DNA of 64,000 nt, taken from IMG/VR virus record IMGVR_UViG_3300025313_000008, positions 24,378 through 88,377 of that record; one strand, written 5' to 3'. This document shows, one piece after another, positions 28,205 through 37,558 of the stretch. The position numbers and the translations under genes were made by a program. How positions within the stretch are numbered: the stretch's first letter is position 1; every line of letters begins with the position of its first letter. The DNA is from a virus. The notes beneath the pieces were generated by a model, which saw only the letters and a program-made list of their open reading frames with translations, did no database searches and was not told the origin of the DNA.

Positions 28205-29109
28205 TTCTGGAATTGAACAACTCTATCTCTTTGTCTTGTAGTATTAGATACTTCAGGGGGTCCTGATTGTAATTCAACGTCTGAAGTAAAGAACACTCTT
28301 CCTGCTCTTCTATCTAACATATGATCTAATTCTGCAATTTCTTTAACTTGATCTTTTACAGTTTTTCTTACATCGTAAGGTCCTCCATCTCCATATAGCT
28401 TAACAACTTCTTGAAAAATTTGGTCTGCCATTTCAATAACAGCAAGTGCTATTAATCCATATATTCCGCCTTTTCCTATAAGTCCTTTTAATTTTCCTAT
28501 TCCAAACCCAACTGGATCTGCGTTAATTTGTAAAGCTTGTGAAAAATCATTTTGTACTTTACTTAACATTGCCTTCTGTTCTGCTAATTGATCTCTAATT
28601 TCTTTTTCTATTTTCTTTTGTTCTTTCTTTTGTTGTTCTGCTAGCTTTACTGCTTCTTCTAATTGTGCCTGTAATCTTATAATAGTTCCCATTGGAGATT
28701 TTTCTTGTCCTGTTCCAAATGCAGTTCTTCCAGTCTTTAATCTACCAGTAAATGGATCTCTTCCACCCATTCCTTCAAATCCGCCCGCTTCTGATTCTTC
28801 AAAGTCTTCTTCACCGCCTATATTACCTAATGCAGTTCTGTGTTCTGCTAATTGATTTACTTCTGTGATTGTTCTTTTAATTCGCGTTCTTGCTTTTTCT
28901 GCCTTCTCTGCTTCTTTTTCTATTTGTTCTACTTTCTTAACAGCGTCATTTAATAATTGATCTTCTTTACTTTGTAAACTTGAGGCTTTTTCAGAATTGG
29001 CTTCTGCCTTTTTAGCTAACTCTTCCAATCTACTAGCATCTTCTTCCATTTGCCTAATATCGGCTTCAGAAAGTGGCTTATCTAAATTAATGTCCTTTTC
29101 TACTGGCAT
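28183..29109 (-). CDS. Short tape-measure-like protein, 308 aa
   Basis: Long coiled coils plus Gly-rich hydrophobic GFGIGKLKGLIGKGGIYGLIALAV; positioned between tube/neck and Dit genes. Confidence 0.5.
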   Translation of the reverse strand: MPVEKDINLDKPLSEADIRQMEEDASRLEELAKKAEANSEKASSLQSKEDQLLNDAVKKVEQIEKEAEKAEKARTRIKRTITEVNQLAEHRTALGNIGGEEDFEESEAGGFEGMGGRDPFTGRLKTGRTAFGTGQEKSPMGTIIRLQAQLEEAVKLAEQQKKEQKKIEKEIRDQLAEQKAMLSKVQNDFSQALQINADPVGFGIGKLKGLIGKGGIYGLIALAVIEMADQIFQEVVKLYGDGGPYDVRKTVKDQVKEIAELDHMLDRRAGRVFFTSDVELQSGPPEVSNTTRQRDRVVQFQNWNVGGA

Positions 29110-29387
29110 ATCTCCTCAATCTCTTCTTCATTTATTCCAAATTTGCAATTATAGCAAATTACATTACTATTATCAACAGTTAAAAATCCTAAATATGTTT
29201 CACCGCAATCATGACAGCTTGGTGCTTTTGTTTTACTTGCATCATAAAGTTGCTGTACTCTTTGTTTTATCTTGTATTTTCTATTTGCCCTTGCTAAAGC
29301 TTCTTTCCCTTCAGATGTTTTTCTATACCTCTTTTGTCCTTCATAAATAACATTCTTTACTTCATATTCATCATTAAGACTCTTCAT
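29100..29387 (-). CDS. Degenerate HNH-like zinc-binding protein
   Basis: Basic N-terminus, then CHDCGE...FLTVD...VICYNC; lacks the DH..N catalytic segment. Confidence 0.45.
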   Translation of the reverse strand: MKSLNDEYEVKNVIYEGQKRYRKTSEGKEALARANRKYKIKQRVQQLYDASKTKAPSCHDCGETYLGFLTVDNSNVICYNCKFGINEEEIEEICQ

Positions 29388-29423
29388 AACTAATATAACC
29401 GCTCTGGACTATATTAGCATATT

Positions 29424-29912
29424 TTATTGTGCAAAAACATGGGCTTTCCACTCTTCTACGTCTTCATTTAGTTTCAGTTGAACTTCAGGTATCTTTTCAT
29501 TAACAACATTTTTTATAATGTAAAGTGATTTTAATCCACTTACTATATGTCCTTTTGAGAATAATCTTCTTCCATCTTGAATCCAACTTAACAGTTGTTT
29601 AAATCTAGGTCTAATCCAGTGATCTTTAGTTCCGTATTCCCGTGCTATTGCCACATCAAAACCTGATTCTGAAAAATAATAATTCTGTAAAGTTACTATT
29701 ACTTTATCTCTTTCAATTTTAGATGTTATAATTTTGGTGTTCATCCATATCTTTTGAGAGAAGTTAGCATTTCTCATTCTGTTTTGAATTTCATCTATAA
29801 TCAATTCATTAACCCATCTTTCTGCACTTCTTAGTAAGACAAAATCAATATTATCTCTTATATGAAATATTTTATTCTTATACTTTTGTGCATCTTCTAC
29901 TGATGGTATCAA
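29424..29912 (-). CDS. HK97 gp10-like tail completion / neck protein
   Basis: REYGTKDHWIRPR...LLSW.QDG...F.KG..VSG motif; TTGA coupling. Confidence 0.7.
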   Translation of the reverse strand: MIPSVEDAQKYKNKIFHIRDNIDFVLLRSAERWVNELIIDEIQNRMRNANFSQKIWMNTKIITSKIERDKVIVTLQNYYFSESGFDVAIAREYGTKDHWIRPRFKQLLSWIQDGRRLFSKGHIVSGLKSLYIIKNVVNEKIPEVQLKLNEDVEEWKAHVFAQ

Positions 29913-30451
29913 GGTGCATCGCTATTTATTGTTCTTCTTACTTCAGATATACTTATTACTTCTCCGGAAACCGGTATACTTACAGTACCACCACTTGCTC
30001 CCAAAGTAACGGGACCAAACTTATTTGGATCTAAAACAAATTTAAAATGTAAGAATTTTTCTGTTGTATCTCCAGCGGGACCGCTTTGTGCTTCAAGTGT
30101 TGTAACAAATATTATTTGAATTGGCTCATATAACTCGTTTTTAAGCATCCAATAAGAAACTGTCTTTTTATCCGAAGATGTGTCTGGATTTGCTTTATTA
30201 TATTCATCATCTATTAAATCAGAAGTAAGTTTTAGATTCATATCAAATGTATGACCATGTCCAGCTGGATCTAATACTTTTATACCGGCATCATCATAAT
30301 GTGGATCTCTTAACCAATTAAATGTAACACTGGCTGTTTGTCTTTCTTTTAATCTAAGGTAATTAGCTGGATTATTTGGATCTTGAAATTGAATAAACCC
30401 TTTAAATGCACGAGTTCTTAATCCCTGCAAGTTAAAATCAATTATAGCCAT
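29909..30451 (-). CDS. Putative tail tube (major tail) protein
   Basis: 180-aa beta-rich protein in the tail module with its own TATA-like promoter. Confidence 0.45.
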   Translation of the reverse strand: MAIIDFNLQGLRTRAFKGFIQFQDPNNPANYLRLKERQTASVTFNWLRDPHYDDAGIKVLDPAGHGHTFDMNLKLTSDLIDDEYNKANPDTSSDKKTVSYWMLKNELYEPIQIIFVTTLEAQSGPAGDTTEKFLHFKFVLDPNKFGPVTLGASGGTVSIPVSGEVISISEVRRTINSDAP

Positions 30452-30491
30452 AACCTACATTCCTCTTTATCGTTTAAAAACATATATTTTT

Positions 30492-31313
30492 TTACCATGT
30501 TCCCACCACGAAAAACTGTGTTGTAACCTTCTCAACTTCACCATAACTACTAGTTCTTGTGCTTGTTCCTACTAAAAATAGCACATTTTTTGGCACTCCG
30601 TTTCTTACTAGTTTTCCCTTAAATTCTTCCCTTGCTGTATGTAGTTGATCTACAAGAACATCTATATCTGGAGTAGATTCATAGGTTATATTCAAATCTC
30701 CTTCCCTTAGTTCCCTTGGATCATATTGAACTTGCCCTGTATCTATACTATGTTGATCAACAGTTACACCTGATACATCACTTATTGAAAGAGGTTGAAT
30801 TGAAAGAGGTCCTGAAAGTGGAGAACCAGATCCATCACTATCCAATTCAAATGAATTATATGCACCAACAATTCCATCCCCTGTAGTGGATAAAATCTGT
30901 CTAAAAGTAAATCGTAATGTGCTTGTACTACCATAAATTGCACTATCAGTAGTTGAGGTATTCCAACTCTTTTGTTCAAAAAATATTTTTCCCGGTGGTG
31001 GTATATCAGCATTTTCCAATAACGTTAAAATTTCATCTTCCGTTACTAATCTATCGGCTTCTTCAAATTCTTCTTCTCTTGTATACTTTAGTAACAGTTT
31101 TATTTCAAATGTTGTATCTACCGTAGTTTTTTGAACATCTGACGTAGTTGATGGCGAACCAACCCTTCTTACTTCCACGCTTGGATAATCTGGAAACTTT
31201 TGTTCTTGAGTGAAGAACCTTAATAGCTTGTATGGATATGTTCCAGTTTTTAATATAGTTACTACCTGATCTTGAGTAAGTGTATCCGCCTGAAAATTGC
31301 CTGAAGCACTCAT
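30492..31313 (-). CDS. Tail terminator-like protein with an additional tube-like C-terminal domain
   Basis: N-half shows the YPSVEV...FEIKLLL...EILTLL terminator-like pattern; C-half is beta-rich. Confidence 0.4.
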   Translation of the reverse strand: MSASGNFQADTLTQDQVVTILKTGTYPYKLLRFFTQEQKFPDYPSVEVRRVGSPSTTSDVQKTTVDTTFEIKLLLKYTREEEFEEADRLVTEDEILTLLENADIPPPGKIFFEQKSWNTSTTDSAIYGSTSTLRFTFRQILSTTGDGIVGAYNSFELDSDGSGSPLSGPLSIQPLSISDVSGVTVDQHSIDTGQVQYDPRELREGDLNITYESTPDIDVLVDQLHTAREEFKGKLVRNGVPKNVLFLVGTSTRTSSYGEVEKVTTQFFVVGTW

Positions 31314-31315
31314 GT

Positions 31316-31939
31316 TTAAATCACCGTAAAGTTAATCTCTTTGAAATTTTTTCTATCTGTTATAATTATAATAGCCGGTTCATTAACTATTGATGAAGCT
31401 GGTATTGTAAATGTTATACCTGAAAATGCTCCATTCTCATCTGTTAATGCTTGTGCTGGAATAGTTGTTACTTGTATCCCGTCAACAGTAATTCTTAACA
31501 AAGCATTGGGTAGCCATCTGCTTCCTTCTATTGTTACAACCTGACTTGGAGGACCAAGAGCTGGATCTAATACAATTAATGGTATTTGTCTAAATGGCAC
31601 ATTTCTTGTATATCCAAATCGTCTATCAAGATAATTATCTAAGTTTTTTATTGCCGTATCCCAAACCAGTGGTTTTTCCGAAGTTTGTAATCTAAATTTA
31701 CCTATAACCAAATCTGTTGCTATTGCTTTAAGTTCTTCATCTATTGATGGTTCCCCGTCAACAGTTAAAGGAAGTATGATATCATTACCGTTGAAATCAG
31801 TAGTTCCTAATTTATTCCTAATCCTATTATTTACAAGATCGTCTACTTCCTGTATATAGAGATACATTTCGTCTTTTAAAGTATCATCATTTAATCTTAA
31901 TTTTTCCTTTACACTTTCCCACTCTATTAAACGTGCCAC
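31316..31939 (-). CDS. Head-tail adaptor with C-terminal Ig/IPT-like domain
   Basis: W..VKEKLRL....D...I..VD.LVN..I helical adaptor pattern, then GPPSQVVTIEGS.W.PN Ig-like segment. Confidence 0.7.
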   Translation of the reverse strand: MARLIEWESVKEKLRLNDDTLKDEMYLYIQEVDDLVNNRIRNKLGTTDFNGNDIILPLTVDGEPSIDEELKAIATDLVIGKFRLQTSEKPLVWDTAIKNLDNYLDRRFGYTRNVPFRQIPLIVLDPALGPPSQVVTIEGSRWLPNALLRITVDGIQVTTIPAQALTDENGAFSGITFTIPASSIVNEPAIIIITDRKNFKEINFTVI

Positions 31940-31969
31940 ATTATAGATACATCTTACTAGTATTTAATT

Positions 31970-31985
31970 ATAAATAAAAAGAAAG
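31970..31985 (-). terminator. Oligo-T terminator after the DUF932 gene
   Basis: T-rich tract on the minus strand just after the stop codon. Confidence 0.4.
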
Positions 31986-31988
31986 TGG

Positions 31989-33050
31989 CTAAATAGCCAC
32001 TGGAATAGGTACTTTACCTGTATAATCAGTTGTTATTAATTCGAAGTTTTGTAGTATTTCTGCATGTGATTCATTAATCTCTTCCTTTCTGTTTTTGCTC
32101 TTTTTGATGGTTTCCATATTGCTTCCTACGTAAGTGGATGCCATATAGATGCCATAAAGGGTTCCATCCCAATCCATTTTACCATTAAGAGTTTTGTCTG
32201 ACTTGGTAAACAATCGTTTCCAGATTGCTTTTTGCATGTATTGTGGGATAGGCAAGGCGTTGATTCTCTTTTTTGCTTGTTTCTTAGTTACTTCGATTTC
32301 ACGGAGTTTAAAGACTTTCTCAGGTAGAACATCTAGGCTTTCTAGGATTGCTCCAATGTGTTTGTTGATTTCTCTTGCAATTTCTGTGTTTGTTTTCATA
32401 TGTCTTAGTTTGATTTCTGACGTTGAATTGTTAGAAATCATTCCATTACCACATATTATAACTACTGCTCCACCATAGAATCTTAGTGATTTATCACCAT
32501 TATTCTTATTGATGTAGCTTACAGTTTTTGCTATTTCTGAACCTTTAGTCACTGCATTTAACAATTTATAGATGCCATTAACGCCTTCAAATTTGACAGT
32601 TTTCTCAAATCTGATTCCTTCAGCAGTTAATCTATCTTCGATTGTTTTTTGAATGAATTCTTGATCTACTGACATATATTTGTTGGAAGTAAATCTAGTT
32701 ACTATTCCGCCTTTATGCAGTATTTGGAATTTCTTTGTTGGTGACTTTGGATATTTGTTTTGGATGTATTTGTTATGTGTTTCTATTCCTTCACCTTTTC
32801 TCAAAGTAGCCCTAATTTGTGGTACTAATTTGGATTTACGAACTTTAATGAAGGTTAAGAATTTACTGAATGGTCTTCCTTGAAGTACGTATTTTGTTCC
32901 AGAGTTTTTTGGACTTAGAACTATTTGCGGTACATCAATAATTTTTCCGTAGTGATTGACTTTTACCATCTCTAAAGAAGGCATGTAATCTTTCTTTCTG
33001 ATTACGTCAACAACTGAATTTTTTTCGTCTTGTATTGCTTCTACGTTCAT
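31989..33050 (-). CDS. DUF932-like protein
   Basis: ITRFTSNKYMSVD, YINKNNGDKSL.FYGG...ICGNGMI, LRHMK and GTLYGIY.A.TY resemble DUF932. Confidence 0.65.
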   Translation of the reverse strand: MNVEAIQDEKNSVVDVIRKKDYMPSLEMVKVNHYGKIIDVPQIVLSPKNSGTKYVLQGRPFSKFLTFIKVRKSKLVPQIRATLRKGEGIETHNKYIQNKYPKSPTKKFQILHKGGIVTRFTSNKYMSVDQEFIQKTIEDRLTAEGIRFEKTVKFEGVNGIYKLLNAVTKGSEIAKTVSYINKNNGDKSLRFYGGAVVIICGNGMISNNSTSEIKLRHMKTNTEIAREINKHIGAILESLDVLPEKVFKLREIEVTKKQAKKRINALPIPQYMQKAIWKRLFTKSDKTLNGKMDWDGTLYGIYMASTYVGSNMETIKKSKNRKEEINESHAEILQNFELITTDYTGKVPIPVAI

Positions 33051-33058
33051 GCTATATC

Positions 33059-33087
33059 TATATACTAGACGGTATATAAAGGTTTGT
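33059..33087 (-). promoter_or_regulatory. TATA promoter with palindromic operator TATATAC-N6-GTATATA (second copy)
   Basis: Near-identical to 17792..17820; TATA box 23 nt above ATG 33050. Confidence 0.75.
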
Positions 33088-33110
33088 TTTTAATCCCTGC
33101 GACACAAGCA

Positions 33111-33118
33111 CTTATATA
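33111..33118 (+). promoter_or_regulatory. TATA box (CTTATATA) of the only plus-strand gene
   Basis: About 22 nt upstream of ATG 33140, followed by inverted repeat ATACTATA-N10-TATAGTAT. Confidence 0.6.
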
Positions 33119-33139
33119 CTATATGGGATAAGGTATAGT

Positions 33140-33526
33140 ATGAAACAAATACTTAGTGAAGAAACCTGTAATAACAGGCATTTTTACAAATGTGTTATCA
33201 AGGATAACAAATGTGTAAATTGTGATAGATCCTATGTTAAAGAAGGAACCATTATAAAGTCCGAATGTAATGATTGTGGTAAAGTTACAAACATTATAGT
33301 CGAACATGTATGGCATGAGGGTTATTATAGGGGATCTTGCCAAGAATGTTTAGATAACCACAAAGCAATCTCTGAATTATATGGAGACTTTACTGGAGCT
33401 TGTGAAACATTAGATGGTGATGCAATTAGAGTAATGGAAGAAAAATCACTTGATAAGATAGTCAAGCTTCCTACAAGCCAATTAAAAACATTCTTAAGAT
33501 CCATGAATAGTTCTATAGAGCGATAA
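33140..33526 (+). CDS. Multi-CxxC zinc-binding protein (only plus-strand gene)
   Basis: CVNC, CNDC and CQEC pairs; own TATA box and downstream T-tract. Confidence 0.7.
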   Translation: MKQILSEETCNNRHFYKCVIKDNKCVNCDRSYVKEGTIIKSECNDCGKVTNIIVEHVWHEGYYRGSCQECLDNHKAISELYGDFTGACETLDGDAIRVMEEKSLDKIVKLPTSQLKTFLRSMNSSIER

Positions 33527-33540
33527 TCTATAGAATCCCC

Positions 33541-33570
33541 TTTGTTTTAAAATAAAAAAAAAAGAAAAAT
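33541..33570. terminator. Bidirectional oligo-T terminator between convergent genes
   Basis: TTTGTTTT on plus followed by a long A-tract (T-tract on minus) after the capsid gene. Confidence 0.65.
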
Positions 33571-33581
33571 AAGTGTGATTC

Positions 33582-35351
33582 TTATAGGTGTGACAATCTT
33601 ACTGTTGCTTCTACGTTCTTAACTACTGCAGAGATTTTCTGAGTTCCAGTCAAATGAATCAACTGTCTCTCGTTCCTTCGCTGAGCTTCCATTGTTAAGT
33701 CTCTTCCTGAAACTAAACCAAATGCTACATTTGGAATAAACATTACAGATCTTTTTCCACCAACGAAAGTTGTTGGAGCTATTGCAGATGATCTCACTAG
33801 ATTTGTTCCAGCGATTCTTTCTACAGTTGCTTCTGTAATTATTGCAGGTCTAGAGAATCCAATGTATGAATCCAGATCTGGATCTAATGTTAAGTCACGA
33901 ATTCCTTTACCGCTAGTGTATGTGATTAAGTTTGAATCGTCTAAACCTTCATCTTGAATTACTCCCTTTGCAGAAAGTAATCCTCTGTAGGTTAAAACTC
34001 CTAAACCACCGGCATCAGCTACTATTTGAGTTCCTGTATTACCATCGACCCATCTACCAGCTTTTGTACCACCACCTTTTGCCTTTCGAACAGTTGCTGA
34101 ACCTGAAGAACCTGCATCGAGGTTGTAAGCTCGAGTCAAAACTTCTACTGATTCATCATTTATGCTCTCAAGTGCAAATGAACGGTTTGCTGAAGCAATA
34201 ATATCAATCGGACTTTCCTCAGTTTGTTGATAACCGATATCTATCCTTGTACCTCTTGGATCTGTCTCTGTTCCAGCACTTCTTATGATTGGTGAAGATA
34301 ATGGAACTGCTACAGCCGGATCAGTGTCTCCTTCAACGATATCGCTGAAAGTTACTGGTCCAAAGTCGTAGAAGAATGCTTCTCGTGTTCCCGGAGGCAA
34401 AACTTTTGTCTCTGTGAATTGACGAATTGGAGTTACTACTTTTCCACTAGGTAATACTAGAACTTGTTCTGACATGATTCTCATAAAGTCTCCGTCAGCT
34501 GGTCCTGCTACTGAAATTGTTACTGCTTCTCCGCCATAAGTCTTACCCACTTCTGTTTTTGGAACTGGGAATTTTAACTCATTGCCGTTGGCATCAAATT
34601 TCTTGTAGAATTGCTTACCGTAATTCTCATAGATTTTCTCCTTGTTAATGTGCCAGATAAATGCTGGACTTACATTCTCTTCTCTTTGAACCGCTCTGAA
34701 CCATGCAGAGGGTTTTGATATTTCTGCCTCGACAGCACTGGTCTTAGAACCATTTGCATAGACTCCTTGTGGAGTGTTTACTAATGCTCTTGGTTTTGAA
34801 GACTCTTTTGCTTGTCTAATTCGTGCATCCAAATCAGCTTCTTTAGCTAGTAATTCTTTAGCACGTACTCGCATTTCGGCTTGTTCTAGTTTTCTCAAAG
34901 CTTCGGCTTTTGCAATTTTATATGCATAAGTTCCGTTTCTTCGAGCCTCGCTAGTTTTGTCAGCATTTGATCCAGTTAATTTAGTTGGATCTACTGCTGG
35001 TTCGCTACCGTCTTGTCCTGTAATCAAATCGGTTATTACACCTTTCTCATTGTCATCTGGAAGTTCTGATCCTTCAACAAGATCAACATCGATCCCGTCT
35101 ACTGTTTCAGCCTCTCCAGTTGCAGATGAAGCTTTTGCTACTGGTTCAGGTATTGAACGCTTACTTGCGTCACCTAAGTCAGATTTTTCACATTTTCGAG
35201 TATGTGCGTTCCAAATTTGACCATCCGGACAATTTGCACCACCAGCAGTTCCGTCTGCACCATTATCTGGTACTCCGCTTGCTGGAAGTTTTCCTGTTGG
35301 CTCTATTTGATCGCTAACATCCTCTGTTGCTTTTCTAACCTTTGTAGGCAT
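33582..35351 (-). CDS. Major capsid protein precursor (HK97 fold) with long N-terminal propeptide/scaffold
   Basis: C-terminal about 314 aa show an HK97-like pattern; N-terminal acidic region and coiled coil; follows the protease. Start MPTKVRK at 35351 lies 25 nt below a TATA box, whereas the track start at 35387 falls inside the promoter. Confidence 0.88.
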   Translation of the reverse strand: MPTKVRKATEDVSDQIEPTGKLPASGVPDNGADGTAGGANCPDGQIWNAHTRKCEKSDLGDASKRSIPEPVAKASSATGEAETVDGIDVDLVEGSELPDDNEKGVITDLITGQDGSEPAVDPTKLTGSNADKTSEARRNGTYAYKIAKAEALRKLEQAEMRVRAKELLAKEADLDARIRQAKESSKPRALVNTPQGVYANGSKTSAVEAEISKPSAWFRAVQREENVSPAFIWHINKEKIYENYGKQFYKKFDANGNELKFPVPKTEVGKTYGGEAVTISVAGPADGDFMRIMSEQVLVLPSGKVVTPIRQFTETKVLPPGTREAFFYDFGPVTFSDIVEGDTDPAVAVPLSSPIIRSAGTETDPRGTRIDIGYQQTEESPIDIIASANRSFALESINDESVEVLTRAYNLDAGSSGSATVRKAKGGGTKAGRWVDGNTGTQIVADAGGLGVLTYRGLLSAKGVIQDEGLDDSNLITYTSGKGIRDLTLDPDLDSYIGFSRPAIITEATVERIAGTNLVRSSAIAPTTFVGGKRSVMFIPNVAFGLVSGRDLTMEAQRRNERQLIHLTGTQKISAVVKNVEATVRLSHL

Positions 35352-35367
35352 ACTAATTAAATTTAAG

Positions 35368-35394
35368 CATAATTCCTTTATAAGCATTTAATAA
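35368..35394 (-). promoter_or_regulatory. Strong late promoter TTATTAAATGCTTATAAAGGAATTATG
   Basis: 26/27 identical to 54470..54496. Confidence 0.8.
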
Positions 35395-35438
35395 GTATAT
35401 ATTAGGGGTGTTTTTAGTGTAATTTTTCGTGCCTATTT

Positions 35439-37556
35439 TTATGCAGTTGTTGAATTATAATTAAATGGTGTTGAAGTTGTAGTTGCCATTACATCGGTTG
35501 TAGTAAATGTAATATTGCCTGTTTCCGATGAAGTTAAATATGGTATAGCTAATGATTCTGCTATTATTGTTTGTTTCGCCCTTTTCTTTAAGTTTGCTTC
35601 TACTGCTTCAATAGTTGCTATTGGAAAACCGGGGTGATATACTAATGAAACTTCTCTAAATTCTGCTCCTCTAATAAGTGTATAACATTCTTGATCACAA
35701 ACTTGTGGAGAATCAGAATCATACCAAATTCCTAATGATACCGCCATTTGTGCATCATCTACTTCCCTTTGGAAGAATTTGTCTATAATTACTCCTTCAT
35801 AATAAAGTGTTAATTCTTCGGCTACCCATTTTAGTTTAACCCATCCTATTTGGTAATCTTCATTTTTTTCAAGAGAACCTCTCATTTTTTCGTCTAATCT
35901 ATCTAATTCTTCTTCTGCTCCCGCTACATTGCTATGATTTAATAAAAGTGGCAATGTTTTACCGTCACCTTTTGCTAATTCTTCAGGGAGATAAATACGA
36001 TTATTTAAAGAAACTCCAGCATATGCTAATACACCTTTTATTTTCTTTCCTTTTTGTTCAATAGTTGGTATTCCAAATAAAAGACCAACTCCTTCATGTG
36101 CAGGTCTCTTTAATTTTAATATATTTATTTTTCTTTGAACCCAACCTTCAAACTGTTTCACTGATTTAGGACATACTAGGCACTCTAAGCTTTTTTTTTC
36201 AAATGGGTTTTCGGAATCCTTTTTCTTTTCGAATGGATTATCTGCCTTTTTCTCAAATGGGTTCTCTTTCTTTGGTTCTTGAGGCTGAGTTGATTGTTGT
36301 GGTTGTTGATTTAATGGTGGACTTGAACCCTGCGGTTGCTGTGTTTGATTTGGTGGTTGATTTGGCATTTGGGTTGGTGTTTGTTGTAATCCAGATTCAT
36401 TTGGTTGCACACCATCTACATTGCCGTCTCCTCCACAACGTGGACAATCTTTTAAACCTAAATGTTCAACGGTTACTTTACCAGTACCTTTACAAAAATC
36501 ACAATTACCTATATCATTTTCTGAAGCTTTTTTTTTAACTTCAGTATAAACAGTTTTAAATTTTAATATTCCTTTCTCTTTCATAATTATTTTTTCAACA
36601 GCAATAACTTCTTCAACTGGTTCCTTTTGTTCTATTGGTTCCTCTTTTGGTTTGTCTACGTTTTGAGTTATATTTCCTTGTGGAGTATTAATAGTTGGAA
36701 TTTCTGTTGTTTCTGCTGGTTTTTGAACTGGCAGTTCTTCTTCGTGTACTTCAAAAATGTTATACTTTTTATATTTACCATTTGATTCTTTTATTATAAT
36801 ACTTTCACTAGTTGGATTTAATTGAGGTGTACTTGTTGCAGTTGTTGGTTGTGGCATTGATGATTGTGGGTTTGGAACTATATCACCTTGTTCCTCAGCA
36901 TCTTTAACATAATAATCATCATCTAATTCTAATACATCTTCGTCTGCTTCTTTCCAAAATTTGTTATCATACTCCAAATCATTGTCTTCTGCTTCTCCAG
37001 CCCTTGGAATGTAAATTTTTCCATCATATTCTATTGATTCTACTTTATTATATGATTCACCATTATATTCAAGACTTTGATGATCTTCTCTCCTTTTGTC
37101 TTTATTTTCATCTTCATTTTCTATATGTTTTGAACCATTTAGTTTTCCATATGCATTGGTTTTCTTAATATCTGAATCTTGACTAACTTCTGAACTTCCT
37201 TGATGTCCTACATTTGCTGGTTCTGCTTGATCTTGTGGATTTGCTGATGGTTCTGCCTTATCCTGTGCTGGATTTGCTGGCGATAATTCACCTTGTCCAG
37301 AAGCAAATGGATTTTCTGCTTCTCTTGAAGAACCTTGTGGAGATGTTAAATCTTGTGGATCTTCTGTTTTTACATCATCGGCATTTGGTGAAGTTAAAGA
37401 TTGAGTTTGTTCTGGAACTTCTGCCTCATTTTGTTTTCTATCAATAGTTGCTACATAAGCGTCTGCCCTTTCTTTTGGCAATCCCTTACTTTGTTGAACT
37501 GATTTTGAGGCGTCCTCAAATTTATCATAAGTTTGATCCCCCATCTTGATAGGCAT
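35439..37556 (-). CDS. Prohead protease (assemblin/HK97-type) with long acidic N-terminal region
   Basis: IKGVLAYAGVSLNNRIY, PLLLNH (His), IGWV, AVSLG (Ser) and EVSLVYHPG; located between portal and capsid. Confidence 0.88.
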   Translation of the reverse strand: MPIKMGDQTYDKFEDASKSVQQSKGLPKERADAYVATIDRKQNEAEVPEQTQSLTSPNADDVKTEDPQDLTSPQGSSREAENPFASGQGELSPANPAQDKAEPSANPQDQAEPANVGHQGSSEVSQDSDIKKTNAYGKLNGSKHIENEDENKDKRREDHQSLEYNGESYNKVESIEYDGKIYIPRAGEAEDNDLEYDNKFWKEADEDVLELDDDYYVKDAEEQGDIVPNPQSSMPQPTTATSTPQLNPTSESIIIKESNGKYKKYNIFEVHEEELPVQKPAETTEIPTINTPQGNITQNVDKPKEEPIEQKEPVEEVIAVEKIIMKEKGILKFKTVYTEVKKKASENDIGNCDFCKGTGKVTVEHLGLKDCPRCGGDGNVDGVQPNESGLQQTPTQMPNQPPNQTQQPQGSSPPLNQQPQQSTQPQEPKKENPFEKKADNPFEKKKDSENPFEKKSLECLVCPKSVKQFEGWVQRKINILKLKRPAHEGVGLLFGIPTIEQKGKKIKGVLAYAGVSLNNRIYLPEELAKGDGKTLPLLLNHSNVAGAEEELDRLDEKMRGSLEKNEDYQIGWVKLKWVAEELTLYYEGVIIDKFFQREVDDAQMAVSLGIWYDSDSPQVCDQECYTLIRGAEFREVSLVYHPGFPIATIEAVEANLKKRAKQTIIAESLAIPYLTSSETGNITFTTTDVMATTTSTPFNYNSTTA

Positions 37557-37558
37557 AT

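Noticed and set aside
35352-35387. Track-predicted N-terminal extension of the capsid protein (MLIKELCLNLIS)
   Set aside because: The ATG at 35387 lies inside the conserved promoter; ATG 35351 fits the 22-25 nt leaderless spacing.
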